DNA of 64,000 nt. Origin: Eledone cirrhosa (lineage: Eukaryota). The position numbers and the translations under genes are program-made. Below the pieces are notes generated by a model. That model searched no databases. It was not told the origin of the DNA and worked only from the letters and a program-made list of their open reading frames with translations. Below are positions 46,304-63,258 of this stretch, piece by piece. How positions within the stretch are numbered: position 1 is the stretch's first letter; each line of letters starts with the position of its first letter. Location of the stretch: contig OZ024742.1 in the NCBI GenBank assembly GCA_964016885.1, forward strand, positions 155,062,001-155,126,000, given 5' to 3'.

Positions 46304-46362
46304 TATACTATGATCATTTCAATGACCGGGTTCCATATGAATCCGGTAATATCATCAGGTAT
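46304..46362 (-). ncRNA. Minimal hammerhead motif, probable PLE pLTR
   Basis: Minus strand: TAC-CTGATGA-TATTACCGGATTCATATGGAACCCGGTCATT-GAAA-TGA-TC-ATAGTA, then AATAAA. Stem II is a long hairpin. A degenerate YRYVRD RT-like motif lies upstream near 47755-47772 (-). Confidence 0.6.
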
Positions 46363-47073
46363 TCGAAATATAACAAAAAATATGTAAAACCATGGGTCCG
46401 AAAAATCAGAGACAGAGAGGAGGACTGACCAACTAGCTGTCTTCACCACGGCCAGTCGCCCTCAAATGATGGCAACTCGATCTACTAATGACCATCTTGT
46501 GAGGGGACGAAGGCTTATAATGTATTACCACCTCTCCGTCAAAGTATAAAAAGGGGAAGAAAGAAAGAAAGAAAGAAGAAAAAAAGAAAGAAAGTAGTCA
46601 GCGTAAGGGTCACTCTACAGTCAAGCTAGAAAACGCCGCGAAAAATGTTATTCTAAAGAATCTATAATTTAACATATGCATATATAATGGGTGTCTGTAT
46701 AGTCTAATGTGTGAACAGAAATTTGGTACATTAAACATATGTTACGAGTTATAGGATGAAATTAAAATAAAAAATAATAAATTGATAATTGGAAAATATA
46801 TATTTATATATATAGAAATTACATGAATCAAAGTTCAGTTTAAATCATTTATTTGCTTACAATTGTTTCCTCCAAACCGCGGTTTGGTTTCTTCGGAGCA
46901 ATTATTTAATGATTTTTTTACATACTTGACCTCCTTTTCAACACAAGAGACAGTAAGGAATTACTGTCTTTCACTAAAATATATATAACTATAAAAAGGT
47001 TTTATTATATACATAACGATAAATAGTATTCTTAATACTATATATATATATATATATATATATGTATTTATAC

Positions 47074-47148
<75 letters not shown>

Positions 47149-47152
47149 ATTT

Positions 47153-47202
<50 letters not shown>

Positions 47203-47802
47203 AGGATGAATATAAAATGAAAGTGCTTTTTTAAAAAGGAATTTATTAGGTATTGACATATGTTTCTGTAACAGACGAAATACCTATGTATCGCTGCTTG
47301 CGTAATCATATAATGTTAGCAAGTATTCGATAGCAAATGTATAATCGGTTGTCACTTCTTCAGAGATTTTGGATAAATTGGATAAAATCAGAAAAATTGA
47401 AGTATTTATATTAGTAATAGAGGAAGAAAAAGAGGGGATAGTATATGACAGATGGTAAATCAATTTACTGCTAAACAAGTATATAATGGGTTTCTAATGA
47501 GAATACCATGAGTAAATGGTTCATTTTATCTAAATAAGAATTTTTGGGAGTGCCAATTTTAATCTCTACTTGACCAATTGGACAGTGGACAGGGCTGGTC
47601 ATTTGGTGTAGTAGTATTCATTATAAAGTGTCAATTGGGGAAGGGTGATATTTCGATTGCTACTGAATAACATCAATGCTAGTAGCCAGCTGGTATATGC
47701 ATTAGGGAATTGAATTAAGAAATCAGAAATCCCATTTTATCTATAGCAGTTCATCTCTAACGTAACGATATATTATCACTACATTATTGATAACCTGAAA
47801 TT

Positions 47803-47891
<89 letters not shown>

Positions 47892-49711
47892 TATATATAT
47901 ATACATACATATGTGTAAGTGTGTATGTATGATGGCTGACAGTTCACAAATAATGCAGAGGGTGTAGCAGCATCAGCGACAATAACATCGCGGCTGCTCA
48001 TGCTTATACTATCCCTTGTCGAAACTGCAAATTGAACTTCGTTTCATTTTCGCTGATGGCTGTAATGCAAGGAAAATTTCACCGTCAGCATATGTCTGCA
48101 TAAGTGTCAAGCGTTGCATATGCTTACATGGATGGAGCTTTAAAATGCACAGATATTTTACTGATGATATTTTTCGAAACTAGAATAATTATCTAAATAT
48201 TTCAAGTCCATATGATAACACAAATTTGTATGAAATCACTATGACCTGAGAGCCCGAAACTTAGGTCTTATGTACAGATATCACACGCACACACAGAGAA
48301 ACATGCAAAGCCACTTATGGACTTATTTCAATAGCAAATTATTTGGTTGTTATTTGGGGAGATTTCATTTTCTTCCTTATAAAATTTACTAGAAGCGCAC
48401 TCATAACCAAAGATGTTAGCTGGTGTACTTGTTCAAAATACGACGACCTCATTTTCTCCTACTGAGTAAATCTATATATCTGTTTTATGGGTGGCAGATA
48501 TGTCATGCATGTAATTATGCATATATTCATATATTTATATATTACAGGGTTTGTGTTTATATATGCATATATTTATGTATGTGTATATATTTCTGAGCGT
48601 TTGTTAATGACGGTATCTGTGCATGTGTGTGTGTGCTCTTGCTTATGTGTATAAGTATGTAAATAATTACTTCTTCCTTCTCCTCTTAATGTTATGTCAT
48701 GTTTTCCCTTACATTGTCTAAAAGTACCCTCAATGTGCTTCATGTTAATGAACTTTTAAAAATATAAAAGTAACCATCTGCAAATTTATCGGTAAATATC
48801 AAACACCATCCCATTGTCATGAAGAGTCCAAACATATATTCATCTGGAACAAAATACCAGATTCCACATATTTCCCCAGCAAACGACATCATGTTTGCAT
48901 ACTAACTGACAAAATTACAATGAAAACAATAATCTTTGCTGTTTAACATACTTGTAGAACAGAAGATGATATTCCCAGCGTAGACATTATATGCAAACAT
49001 TCATACACATAAATGTATAAATAACCACATACATACATAAATATAGATAAATGTATGTGTGTGTGTGCGTGTGTGGTGTATGTGTGTGTGTTTGTGTGTG
49101 TTTGTGCGTATGTGTGTGAATATACGATGGGATTGTGACGAACATATACATAAATATAGGTATGATCTGATAAGCGAAGATTTGGTGTCCCTGATATCGA
49201 CGGATGAGTGGGTTTAAGCGGAAATTAAAAGAGCGGCATCTTCTAGCCGCTAGAACTATAATAACAATCACATATTTAACATTGTATTGCGTGAAATATT
49301 ATTTTTAAATGAGAAAAAATTACAAAAACAACAAAAACATGTGTGGTGCTTAAACGTTAATATTGATAAGTTTTGTGGTGAAAATCATTAAGCTTGGACA
49401 GAATAAATGCTTAAAAATCAACATTCTACTATAATAAAACACTTGCATATAACCTTCGACGTTATATAATCTAAAAGCCCTCTGCTTATATTAGTGATAT
49501 CGTTGTATATTTCATATTAACCTACATACAAATTTCTAAACATATTCGTATATAATCAATATGATGACCTATATATCCGTTTGATAAGTGAAACATTTGA
49601 GAATACGGAAAAATATTCACAGTTTCTGCTGTAAAAGTATATGATTAACTATTACGATTATGATTAATCTCAAATTCGTAAACTTCATAGACGCTTGTCT
49701 TGATTTATATC

Positions 49712-50033
49712 CATAGGCGGTTGATCTAGTTGGAGAGGGGGTGCAGGCAGGCCATGCCCCCACCACCAATAATTATACTTTTCTCCCCAAAGTGCCAAAA
49801 CACATCTATTTGTATATGCGCTGCGATATATGTACATTTTATATACCATTATATCATGGTTGATATAATGATATATAAAGTATCAGTAATGCACTGGGTA
49901 ATTGGTGGCCTTGTGCCTAAAGTAGAAACAATTATATCATGGTTGATATTTGATAATAACAGCGAAATTAATCACTAAATTGACCAATCCCCCCACCCGA
50001 CACCCCAATTTAAAAATGCTTCCAACGTCCCTG
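49712..50033. mobile_element. Possible non-autonomous DNA transposon (hAT-like ends) with an internal SINE fragment at 49875-49933
   Basis: Begins CATAGGCGG..GGGGGTGCAG and ends CCCCAATTTAAAAATGCTTCCAACGTCCCTG. No clean TSD seen. Confidence 0.3.
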
Positions 50034-53000
50034 ATATCAGGATTTTTTACCATAGAGAAACCAAGAAACCAGGGTGAAATATTTAATAAAACACACATGA
50101 TGTGTTCAGGAATATAGTTGCAAACAGTTTCTACAAATTTTCAATTTTGTATTGAAAGAAACTTGTTTTCCCATGTGCATGTAAACTATTTTAAGAATAG
50201 ACTTAACCGATTCATATTCTCTGTTAAAATACTTCATCCTGTTTCAAGAAGGTATGCAGTTTATATATATTGACATGCAGTGAAATATGTTTTATTGTCT
50301 GTCAGCCTAAATATATCAAGTTGACAAAGTAAATGCTGATCTATAAAAGTATTTTCCTGGATCCTATAACGGTAAACATTTCTCGCGTTCTGACTCCCTA
50401 AATCACTTCTTTCCTCCAGTCGATCGATTTGACTTCGGCCCTTAGCAAAAAAGGACTCTGTTGTTTATATGTTTTAGGATCTCCCTGCTATCCTACTGGG
50501 TAAGGATTTTGCCATTCTTATATTGGAAACATGAAACAACATTTTGAATACATTACAATCGCTAGACAGTATCTAAGTATGAATTACAACATCATGCTAA
50601 TGCTAATTATACTAGTATTGAACCTAAAATCTGGGGAATAGAAAATAATTGAATGAATTTAACCCAGTAAAATAATTGTTGTTATTGTACATTGAACATA
50701 AATATGAAACGATGAGTCAACGCTTACGTAATTTAAATATAAAAATCCGTGACGAAATATCATAATTATGATATATAGTTTCAGATTATAACCCCGTGAG
50801 ACATTAATTTGTCAGAAGGATTGGCAAATATCAACACAAAAGTGAAGTGGGAAAGAAAAAGAATAAATATATTTCGAGATGAAATGTTAATCATATTTGT
50901 AAGATACAAATATAAAATAAAAAAATAAAAAAAAATACTTTATGGTAGAAGGAAAAACACATTTTTATATTGGGTATAATATTAAAGTCAACAACGAAGT
51001 ATGTTTCCGGGAGTGGTAAAAATGAAATATATTATTTAAAAACGAAGTTACTATTGAAACACTTAACTAAGTGATGTTATGATTGTCAGTTTAAAGAAAG
51101 ACCAACAGCACACTGGTGATACTTTGGAAAACACACCTATGTATATTGGCAGATGTTATATGAACACACTTTGACAAACATGCTACAGGCAGTCTGAACA
51201 ATAATAGCGTAAGAATATGAGGGTACATGTCGATTTGTGAAAAGAGAAATAATGGGTAACACTCAAAATAATTTTGTTAATATGAGATGTTGATGTACTC
51301 CAAGCAGCATATCTATATTTTTATAACTGGGATTTTATAGGTTATACAACTACAACATGTACATCAAGCACATAAATAATTGTTAACATATCCATATATT
51401 AATAGTGCCTAATCAGCAATGTGTTATGAAATCTGATGAATCCATTTCCAAGAAGACAATGCAGAAAATGCTACACATATTTCAATAGTGGTACGTTATT
51501 TTGTATTTATAGTTGTAGCTTCTATAATATGGCCAATGATGACGCACGAACGTCATTGCTAATTAAAAAAAAAACAAAAAACGATAAATATACATCGTAG
51601 TATGTATTTCACAATATAACATAAAATAAAATGTCTAGGACTATTCTGTGCAGCAATGAATAATACTCGAGTCGTTAGCATTATAATAAAATCCTATATA
51701 CTATATAAAAATCCCCAAAGTAAAAAGACTTGCGCTATGACCTACTTTAGTCTTCCTGCGAATATCTGAATTACATAGTAATGAACTTATTGATAAAATG
51801 GATAAGACCAATAGAACAGAGTGAAATTTCCTTACGAGGATAATGTATAGTGACTTTTTCTCTACCAGAGAATTTAATACGACTCATTTTATCGCTTTTG
51901 CAAGGATGAATGTCAGAATTGCTACTGATGATGGTGGAGAGTAAAATGTAAAGAATTTCTATTTTGTTCATCCTATTAATATTAATAATAGTGATAATAA
52001 TAAGAATGGCTATAATATTGGTAGCATTGATAGTAGTGGTGGTGATAGTAGTAATAGTAGCAGCAGCAGCAATAGTAGCAGCAGTGGCAGGAGCACCAGC
52101 AACCTAATATTATGTGTCAATTACGCAATAAAAACCCAATAAAATAACACAACTCATACAATACACAGACGAACGACTCACTGCCAATCAATATATAATA
52201 ACGACAGTCTTAAAGATCAAAGGATCCTCATCCCTATCAAATTAACAGGTAAGAGAGAGAGCATTATAGAATCACGTGGGCGCATAACTTAATTCTCGTG
52301 AACATTGAAACTGATAGTGGCTTATAATTTAAAACATTGACATTGTCAATATGACCGGCTTCCAAACAGATAATCAAATGATATCCAGAATGCTTATGTC
52401 AATCTGACGCTTCTGCAGAAGACACTTGTCTAAGGTTACATGCCGTGGTGCTGGATCTGTCTCCACACGTAAATGAAGAGTAACATTTAACTTTCACACA
52501 TGCTTCTCCAAGTATTATTAGTACTAGCAGAAAAACCACCCTACGGGTGGCTTTCTGCTGGCATGTGTATTGTGTATATTGATATTATACGCAAGTATAT
52601 ATACATGTAGATATGATACATCAAATAACATCGTCTTTGACAATATATAATGCATAGAAATTGAACGGAGACTGCGTTACACTGTCTTATTTAATCAGTA
52701 ACGTAATCCATGATACATTAAAAATAGACGATATTATATATAAACTGCATTAGGAGAAAATTAGTGACAGAAAACGAGTATGTTTATTTAAGCGATGGCC
52801 AACCGGAAGTGTTGACATTTCAGAAATGTTAAAGAAGTGAATCTTTAAATTAACAAAATATATTTAATAGATACATTATGTAATATTCATTTATTATTTA
52901 TTCAAAGTAATCCAACTTATTTAACTAATGGGATAAACAATTATAAACCGTACGCAGTCCCGCGCTCCTTACTGTATTATTGTTTAGATTAGTGACTCCA

Positions 53001-53245
53001 TATTTCTAATTATGTATCATATATGTTTTTAATATTCTATATTGTCAAATATTTGTTTTCTCATATTTAATCATCAAAATATTTCATTATATTCTATCAT
53101 TTATGTATATTTTATCATCTACACTCATCGTTATATAGCATACTATTGTCCAATTTTGAAGTTTCCTCTACTGGAATTTTTAGTTTATATCAAATTTTAC
53201 ATTACCTCATCATCGTCAGTTCTCATTATCTCAGGCATTCTCAAA

Positions 53246-53349
53246 GTCTCGCTGATTCATGTTAAACCACCAGTACACACCCGTGGCTATGCGTGTATAT
53301 ATGTACACACATATGTCTCTCTCTTTTTCTTTCTATCTCTCCCTCTCCG

Positions 53350-53390
<41 letters not shown>

Positions 53391-53509
53391 ATATATATAC
53401 ATGTACAGAGGGAGAGAGATATAAAGAGAGAGAGAGAGACATATGTGTGTCCATATATACACGCGTAGCCACGGGTGTGTACAGGTGGTTTAACATGAAT
53501 CAGCGAGAC

Positions 53510-53510
<1 letters not shown>
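53246..53510. repeat. Palindrome (about 125 bp arms) centred on a (TA)n tract
   Basis: AGTCTCGCTGATTCATGTTAAACCACCAGTACACACCCGTGGCTA / TAGCCACGGGTGTGTACAGGTGGTTTAACATGAATCAGCGAGACT. Confidence 0.9.
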
Positions 53511-53557
<47 letters not shown>

Positions 53558-53907
53558 TACATGTGGCTGATTACATTTCTTTCTCTTTGTCCACCCACTT
53601 CCTTTTTATCTCAATAACTTACTTTAGTTATTGTTTCGCCCTAGGCTGAGGTATGCTGTCTCTAATTCGAAGAAATACCTATGATGCCTAGTAAAAAACT
53701 GATGATGGATAATCCTAACTTCTAATGTCTAACTTTTCATTATATATATATGGTATAACAAGTTATTGTTTTAGCTAATCCAGTTAGAGGTTGTGAGTGC
53801 TTTGTATTATGGATAGTTTGAACATACGGAACTGTTTGATCAACAAGAGGTTTCCTTAGTTAGGTAGCGAGTTTGCGAGAATTCACATGCAGGTCATTCT
53901 TTGAGTA

Positions 53908-54180
53908 ATAGTAGTGAAAGATTGAAGAATAACATGGTCGGCTGTACAATATTTACTGTATTAACAATTGCTTCATTGATCAGGGGTGAATCTAAAGGCC
54001 TCTAAGCACTCCAAGTTGCGTCATTCGACGTTAAATACAGTGTGTGTCTCTGATCAAATCATTGTAATACTGGTGATTAGCGGCCTTTAGACTCACCTGA
54101 TCAATGTAACAATTGTTAATACTGTAAATTAAAGCCTTTTTGTACAGCCGACCATGTTATTATTCACTCTGTCACTACTA
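53908..54180. repeat. Inverted repeat (about 95 bp arms) ending at (TA)n
   Basis: AATAACATGGTCGGCTGTACAA..AACAATTG..CATTGATCAGG..TCTAAAGGCC is mirrored at 54082-54162. Confidence 0.8.
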
Positions 54181-54350
54181 TATATATATACATATATATA
54201 TACATACACATATATATATATATATATGAAAATACGATCGACTTTCGTCAAATAGGACCGAGGGAACAATGTTTCCGTTGGTCTTTCCAATTGCTAATAC
54301 TATCTATCGGTCGCAACTCCAGGTAGAAGGAGCAACCTGAAATAAAGTGT

Positions 54351-54423
<73 letters not shown>

Positions 54424-54905
54424 ATTTATTTATATGCATATATATAATTGTTTTGCAGGATTTTTCATATTAAATCGTGTGTTGAAACAAATACTGTTAT
54501 ATTTGGTCAGGATCATGTTAATATATATATATTATGATAACATATTAAAGTTAAAGCAAATAATCGCTGCTTTAACCCTTAACGGGGTCTTCTAAAAGAT
54601 TTAGTCTTCACATTTATTATTAATACTATATATATATATATATATATATATGTTTGTGTATGTATGTACATACATATATATATATATGAATTTCTCTATT
54701 CTCTCCGACATCAGCATTTTTGAACACATAAGGTATATGTTGAAACGATTATGAAACCATATCTCACAATAGGTTTGGGTTTCTATTCACATTATATGAC
54801 CAACTTAATATTTCCATGCACTCGTTCTGTCAAATCATATCATATAGCATTTATCAATATTTCTCTTAAAATTATGCGCGCTAAATACAGATTAATACAC
54901 ACACG

Positions 54906-54962
<57 letters not shown>

Positions 54963-55107
54963 GTAATTGTTTCTACTTTTGGCACAATGCCAGATAATTA
55001 CCAGTGTATTACTGGTACTTTATATATAGTAATAATAATAAATTTGAAGACTAAAATCCAAAGAGGACTCGATAAGGATAAATATATATCACGTATATAA
55101 GAACCGT

Positions 55108-55165
<58 letters not shown>

Positions 55166-55186
55166 ATATCTCTCTATATATACATA

Positions 55187-55281
<95 letters not shown>

Positions 55282-55300
55282 ATATATATATATATATATG

Positions 55301-55348
<48 letters not shown>

Positions 55349-55380
55349 TATATACATATATATATATATATATGTATATA

Positions 55381-55424
<44 letters not shown>

Positions 55425-55429
55425 TATAT

Positions 55430-55582
<153 letters not shown>

Positions 55583-55613
55583 TATATGTAAATATATATA
55601 TATGTATATACAT

Positions 55614-55988
55614 GTAAAGTTATATTTAAAATTGTTGGGTTACAACTAGTAAATATTTATAACTGATATAAAAGCACTCGACAAATATTTGGAGTATATT
55701 TACAATATTAAATAAATGGAAAACTATATTTATAAAACCATATTTATTTCATTATATATGTTTCGGGGATATCATATTAACAATATGCTATGCCTTCATC
55801 AGACAAAATACAATATAAACAGTTTTATAGATAAATATATTCAACATATTTATATTTATCTATAAAACTGTTTATATTGTATTTTGTCTGATGAAGGCAT
55901 AGCATATTGTTAATATGATATCCTCGAAATATATATAATGAAATAAATATGGTTTTATAAATATAGTTTTCCATTTATTTAATATTGT
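55614..55988. mobile_element. Palindromic family C insert with hammerhead on both strands
   Basis: Arms about 55700-55835 and 55855-55988. CTGATGA(55888)..GAAA(55926)TATATA. Left tail about 85 nt. Confidence 0.8.
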
Positions 55989-55989
55989 A

Positions 55990-56722
<733 letters not shown>

Positions 56723-56732
56723 GTATATATAT

Positions 56733-57180
56733 ATTTGACTTGGGCTTTGGTGTTGGTGTAGAACAGTGATATCAGGTCCACTATCCTCTTGGGGATTCCA
56801 TAAGCCTGTAAGATCTTCATCAGACAGTAACGGTCCACAGAATCAGGATGGCTCTGAACATTAATCAGTATACACTGAGGATGAAAAACTCAGAGCTGTA
56901 TGGGAGCATCCCAAAAGTCAGCTCAAAAGTGACACAGAGGAGTGTGAGGCTGGCTGGACATGCTCACCGACATCCAGAGTTGACATTGCACACAGTGCTC
57001 CTTTGGGACCCCCTACATGGACACACTAGAAGAGGAAGACCAAGGTTAACATATGTTGATGCCCTAAGGACAGACACTGGTCTGTTGGAGATGCAGGATA
57101 TGGCAGCGATAATGAGGGACAGAGACCGCTGGAGAGAACTCGTCCATGGATCTCGGGAATTTTACCCGCCTTAGATAGAT
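56733..57180 (+). mobile_element. RTE-clade LINE 3' fragment with inverted upstream RT piece
   Basis: On +: [37 protein letters not shown], then a (TAGA)n tail. On - at 56733-56845: [36 protein letters not shown]. Confidence 0.85.
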
Positions 57181-57187
57181 AGATATA

Positions 57188-57241
<54 letters not shown>

Positions 57242-57343
57242 CATATACATATATACATATACATATATATACATATACATATATATACATATACATATAT
57301 ATACATATACATATACATATATCTATAAATACCTATATCTATC

Positions 57344-58440
<1,097 letters not shown>

Positions 58441-58442
58441 CA

Positions 58443-58496
<54 letters not shown>

Positions 58497-58497
58497 C

Positions 58498-58528
<31 letters not shown>

Positions 58529-58594
58529 CATATATATATACATATATATATATATATACACACATATCTGTATATATATATATATATATATGTG

Positions 58595-58742
<148 letters not shown>

Positions 58743-58756
58743 TATATATATATATA

Positions 58757-59195
58757 TTTCGTTTCTGAATTAGTTTAGCAAGATTCTTTATCTGAAATCG
58801 TGTGTTGAAACCGATATTGTTATACTTTGGGAGGGTCATGTTGCCAATAAGAAACACACGCACCAGTAGCTTTCACTTCAATTTATTATATATTTACAAA
58901 TTTATAAATCTACAAATCTATAAATTTCTGGTTTCACACAGAAACAAAATGGCGTAGGATAGAAGAAAGGAAAGGCACAGAAACAAAGAAAGGAATCCCC
59001 AGTCACTGAAGAGGTCACATAGTGTGTGACGAAAGGACTATGACTATATATAAACAACTATCTGGTTGTGGAACCAACCAACCAACCAGAAATTTATAGA
59101 TTTGTAGATTTATAAATTTATAAATATATAATAAATTGAAGTGAAAGCAACTGGTGCGTGTGTTTCTTATTGGCAACATGACCCTCCCAAAGTAT

Positions 59196-59200
<5 letters not shown>
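58757..59200. mobile_element. Palindromic family B insert with intact minimal hammerhead
   Basis: 59001-59045: AGTCA-CTGAAGA-GGTCAC ATAGTGT GTGAC-GAAA-GGAC-TA-TGACT. Arms are mirrored, tail on the left. Confidence 0.85.
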
Positions 59201-59256
<56 letters not shown>

Positions 59257-59323
59257 TATATATATATATACATATATATATATATGTATATACATATATA
59301 TATATATACACATATATATATAC

Positions 59324-59409
<86 letters not shown>

Positions 59410-59429
59410 ACACATATATACACATATAT

Positions 59430-59472
<43 letters not shown>

Positions 59473-59497
59473 TATATACATATATATACATATATAT

Positions 59498-59558
<61 letters not shown>

Positions 59559-59581
59559 TATACATATACATATGTATATAC

Positions 59582-59619
<38 letters not shown>

Positions 59620-59677
59620 ATACATATATATATATATATAGAAATATATATATATATATATATATAAATATATATAT

Positions 59678-59746
<69 letters not shown>

Positions 59747-60682
59747 CGTGTGTGTGTGTGTTTCTGTGTGTATCTGTTTTATATGTGCGTGCGTCGGGCG
59801 TGCTTCTGTGTATGTATGAATATATAGTTTTATGCACCGTCTATTTATATTGTTAGCCCGTACATGCATATCCCTAAGTGTGTATAAGTTTATGTGTAAA
59901 GGCACGTCGAAACACACATACAACCCACCTACACAGATAAAAATATATATATTTAGATAGATTATATGAGGGAAACACTAGTATAAATCTATAAAATTAT
60001 GTAATCAGTATTAATGTTTTCCTTTGATGTACTTTGTTATATTGTATCGAAGATGCTTTAGAGATCGAATGATAAAATCAATACAAATGTCTTGAGTTAT
60101 GGACAGCATTGTCCGTTATTGAGAATGTTATGTTAGGCAATATAGTTCCAAATAATATTATTTGTGCTGCTTGTTTTTCAAACCTTACTTGTGTAAATTC
60201 TTGTCAGTAAAAGGCGAATATTGATTCGTTACTATACGTGTTCATCCTGTTGTGCTTGCTGCTGTTGCTCCTGTAGCTGTTCATATTACTGTTGTTCATA
60301 TTACTGTTGAATGATGGTTATTTTAATGGCAACAGAACAGCTTTTAGAGAATTAAGTAAGAGAAGGCTACTTGTACAGCTGGTCATTTAAGCATGCCAAC
60401 CTAGAATGCTGTCAATAGAATTTCAAACTCGATTTGATAAGTTTTTCTACAGTCGGTTGGCCGGCTGGAATATGATACAAATCTTATGACAATCCATGCC
60501 ACGAATTCTGTTAATATCGATGTAACCTGTCACATTGTTCAAGTTTCGCATATCTGGGTAGCAATCGGATGCAATAGTAAAACATTTTCATTTATTTTGA
60601 AATGTCGACAACAAAAATATTCTATCATAATATAATCGAAATGTAATGGTGATGTTGATAATGGCAGCAGATAAAACAAAAT

Positions 60683-60730
<48 letters not shown>

Positions 60731-60737
60731 TGTATAT

Positions 60738-60945
60738 TATTTAGGCTCAAGGCCAGAAATTTGAAGGGGAGGCGAAAGCCGATAAAATCAACCCCAGTGC
60801 GTAACTAGTGCTTTATTTATCGACCCCGTAGGATGAAATGCAAAAATAACGTCAGCGGGATTTCAACTCAAAACGTAAAGGGGCGTAACTATATGCTACG
60901 ATGCATAGTGTCCGACACTCTACCGATACTGTCTAGCCACCAGGC

Positions 60946-60982
<37 letters not shown>

Positions 60983-61365
60983 TGTTTCTACTTTTGGCAC
61001 AAGGCCAGCAAACACCCAGTGAATTACTGGTACTTTATTTTATCGACCTCGTAAGGATAAAAGGCAAAGTTAACCTCAGCGGGATTTGAACTCAGATCGT
61101 AAAGGGACGTAACTACGCTGGAAATCATGTCTGACCCTCTACCAATACTACCAATTCACCGCCCTTAATAATAATAATAATAATCATAATAATAATTGTT
61201 TCTACTTTTGCACAAGGCCAGCAATTATTCTACTGGTACTTTATTTTATCGACCCCGTAAGGATGAAAGGCAATAATAACCTCGGTGGGATTTGAACTCA
61301 TATCGTAAAGGGCCGTAACTGTATGCTGCAAATCATGGTGTCTGACCATTTACCGATACTGCCAA
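60738..61365 (-). mobile_element. Three consecutive SINEs separated by (TAA)n
   Basis: Copies at about 60738-60945 (longer subfamily), 60980-61166 and 61194-61365, all on -. Confidence 0.9.
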
Positions 61366-62322
61366 TAATACTAACAACAAAAACATCAATATATTCCCAG
61401 CTGTATATATAACATATTTTTCTATTATATATTCCCAAGAAACACAAAATTATTTTATACTTAAAAAAAAAAACGCACAAACCAAGTCAACACGGTCATG
61501 GCTGTTAAATATATTTAATAGAATTCATGCATCAATGAATTAATGTCTTATGAATCTTCTGACTTTATTTAACCACGTAAAAACATTTCTCCGTACTCTT
61601 CGTCAGAGCTCTATTTTCTTTAAATTTAAGATGACGATGTATTAACTAAAATCTTATGTTTCATATGTAAGCTACTTAAACACTGTCAACTGTGTTTACG
61701 TGGAAATTTAAATGGGTTCCAATCACAATATACTTTTAAAATGTTATGCATGTGCCCTTCGTTCAAAATTATTCTATGGCTTAAACAAATGTTATCATTT
61801 TCTAACCATATATGAATCGTTCTCTAATTATCGTTTAGTACCACACTACCAGGGGTAGTTTAATCCATGAGTTATACCATGGATTAAACAAGAAAGAAAA
61901 CTCTGGAAAATATGAGCTTGTCTGATGACCGGAGAAAATTGTAAGGGATGATTCTTTACTTCTTTATCGCTCCTTCTTGTTAATTATAGAGCATATGCAC
62001 CTGCTAGAATCGTAGCTGAGCAGCTACGGCATATCTCGTGTCTTTCACATATCAAATCTGGTGCAGCAAATCCCTTTGATGGCAACAAAATAGGTTCCAA
62101 TAGAAGCATCATCGTACCAATGACTGTGTTACTTGGTGTGGCGAAGTGTGCCTCACAACAAGGAACGGATTATGTACAACATTAATTCCATTAAAACAAC
62201 TCATATTGACCTGATGAGCGCCGATATGTGATTTGCAATACATTTCAGCTCATAATATGACTGGCAAACTGGCATTTATGGATTTTTTTCAGAAAACGAA
62301 TATTCACACACACACACACACA

Positions 62323-62389
<67 letters not shown>

Positions 62390-62433
62390 ACACACACACA
62401 CACACGCACATACACACGCACACACACACACAT

Positions 62434-62510
<77 letters not shown>

Positions 62511-62607
62511 ACAAGGTTCAATGAATTCATCAATAAGTAAAGTGAGAGAAAGAGAGAGAGAGAGAGACAGAAATAGCGAGAGAGAAATATAGATACATAT
62601 ATATACA

Positions 62608-62744
<137 letters not shown>

Positions 62745-63258
62745 TACATATGTACTTATATTTCATCATAGGTACATATACAATGTATACATATATACAT
62801 ATATACAAATATATATAAATATGTACATACATATGTATATATATATGTACATACATATGTATATATATACACACATAAATACACACATATATATATATAC
62901 ATACAAGGAGAGAGAAAAAGAGAAGATAATGTGTAGGTTAAAGTCATACGTTGGCCAGTTGTGAAATGACAAACACAATTTAGATGGATAAATTCAATCT
63001 AGACAAACGTTTGAAATATTGATGAAGGCAATTCCAGAATAGTCAGTGTAGTATTTCTCATTGTCAAAGTAATTATATGCGCTGAATAACAACCGACCAT
63101 TATTTAGATACTTACCTACACCCGATCACATTCATACATGGTAATATCTGCTAATCTTACTCAAGCATACACTCACCACCCCAATGGCATAATTAGGACC
63201 TGCCACAATTTCTCCTCTCCTCTTGTCAATACTATCACAGACACTTCCTTCTTTCTCG

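Noticed and set aside
51771-51971. 66-aa ORF with hydrophobic N-terminus
   Set aside because: No recognisable motif or splice context. Expected by chance in AT-rich DNA.
52240-52254. Second AG|GTAAGA junction
   Set aside because: No pyrimidine tract directly upstream, so not supported as a recursive site.
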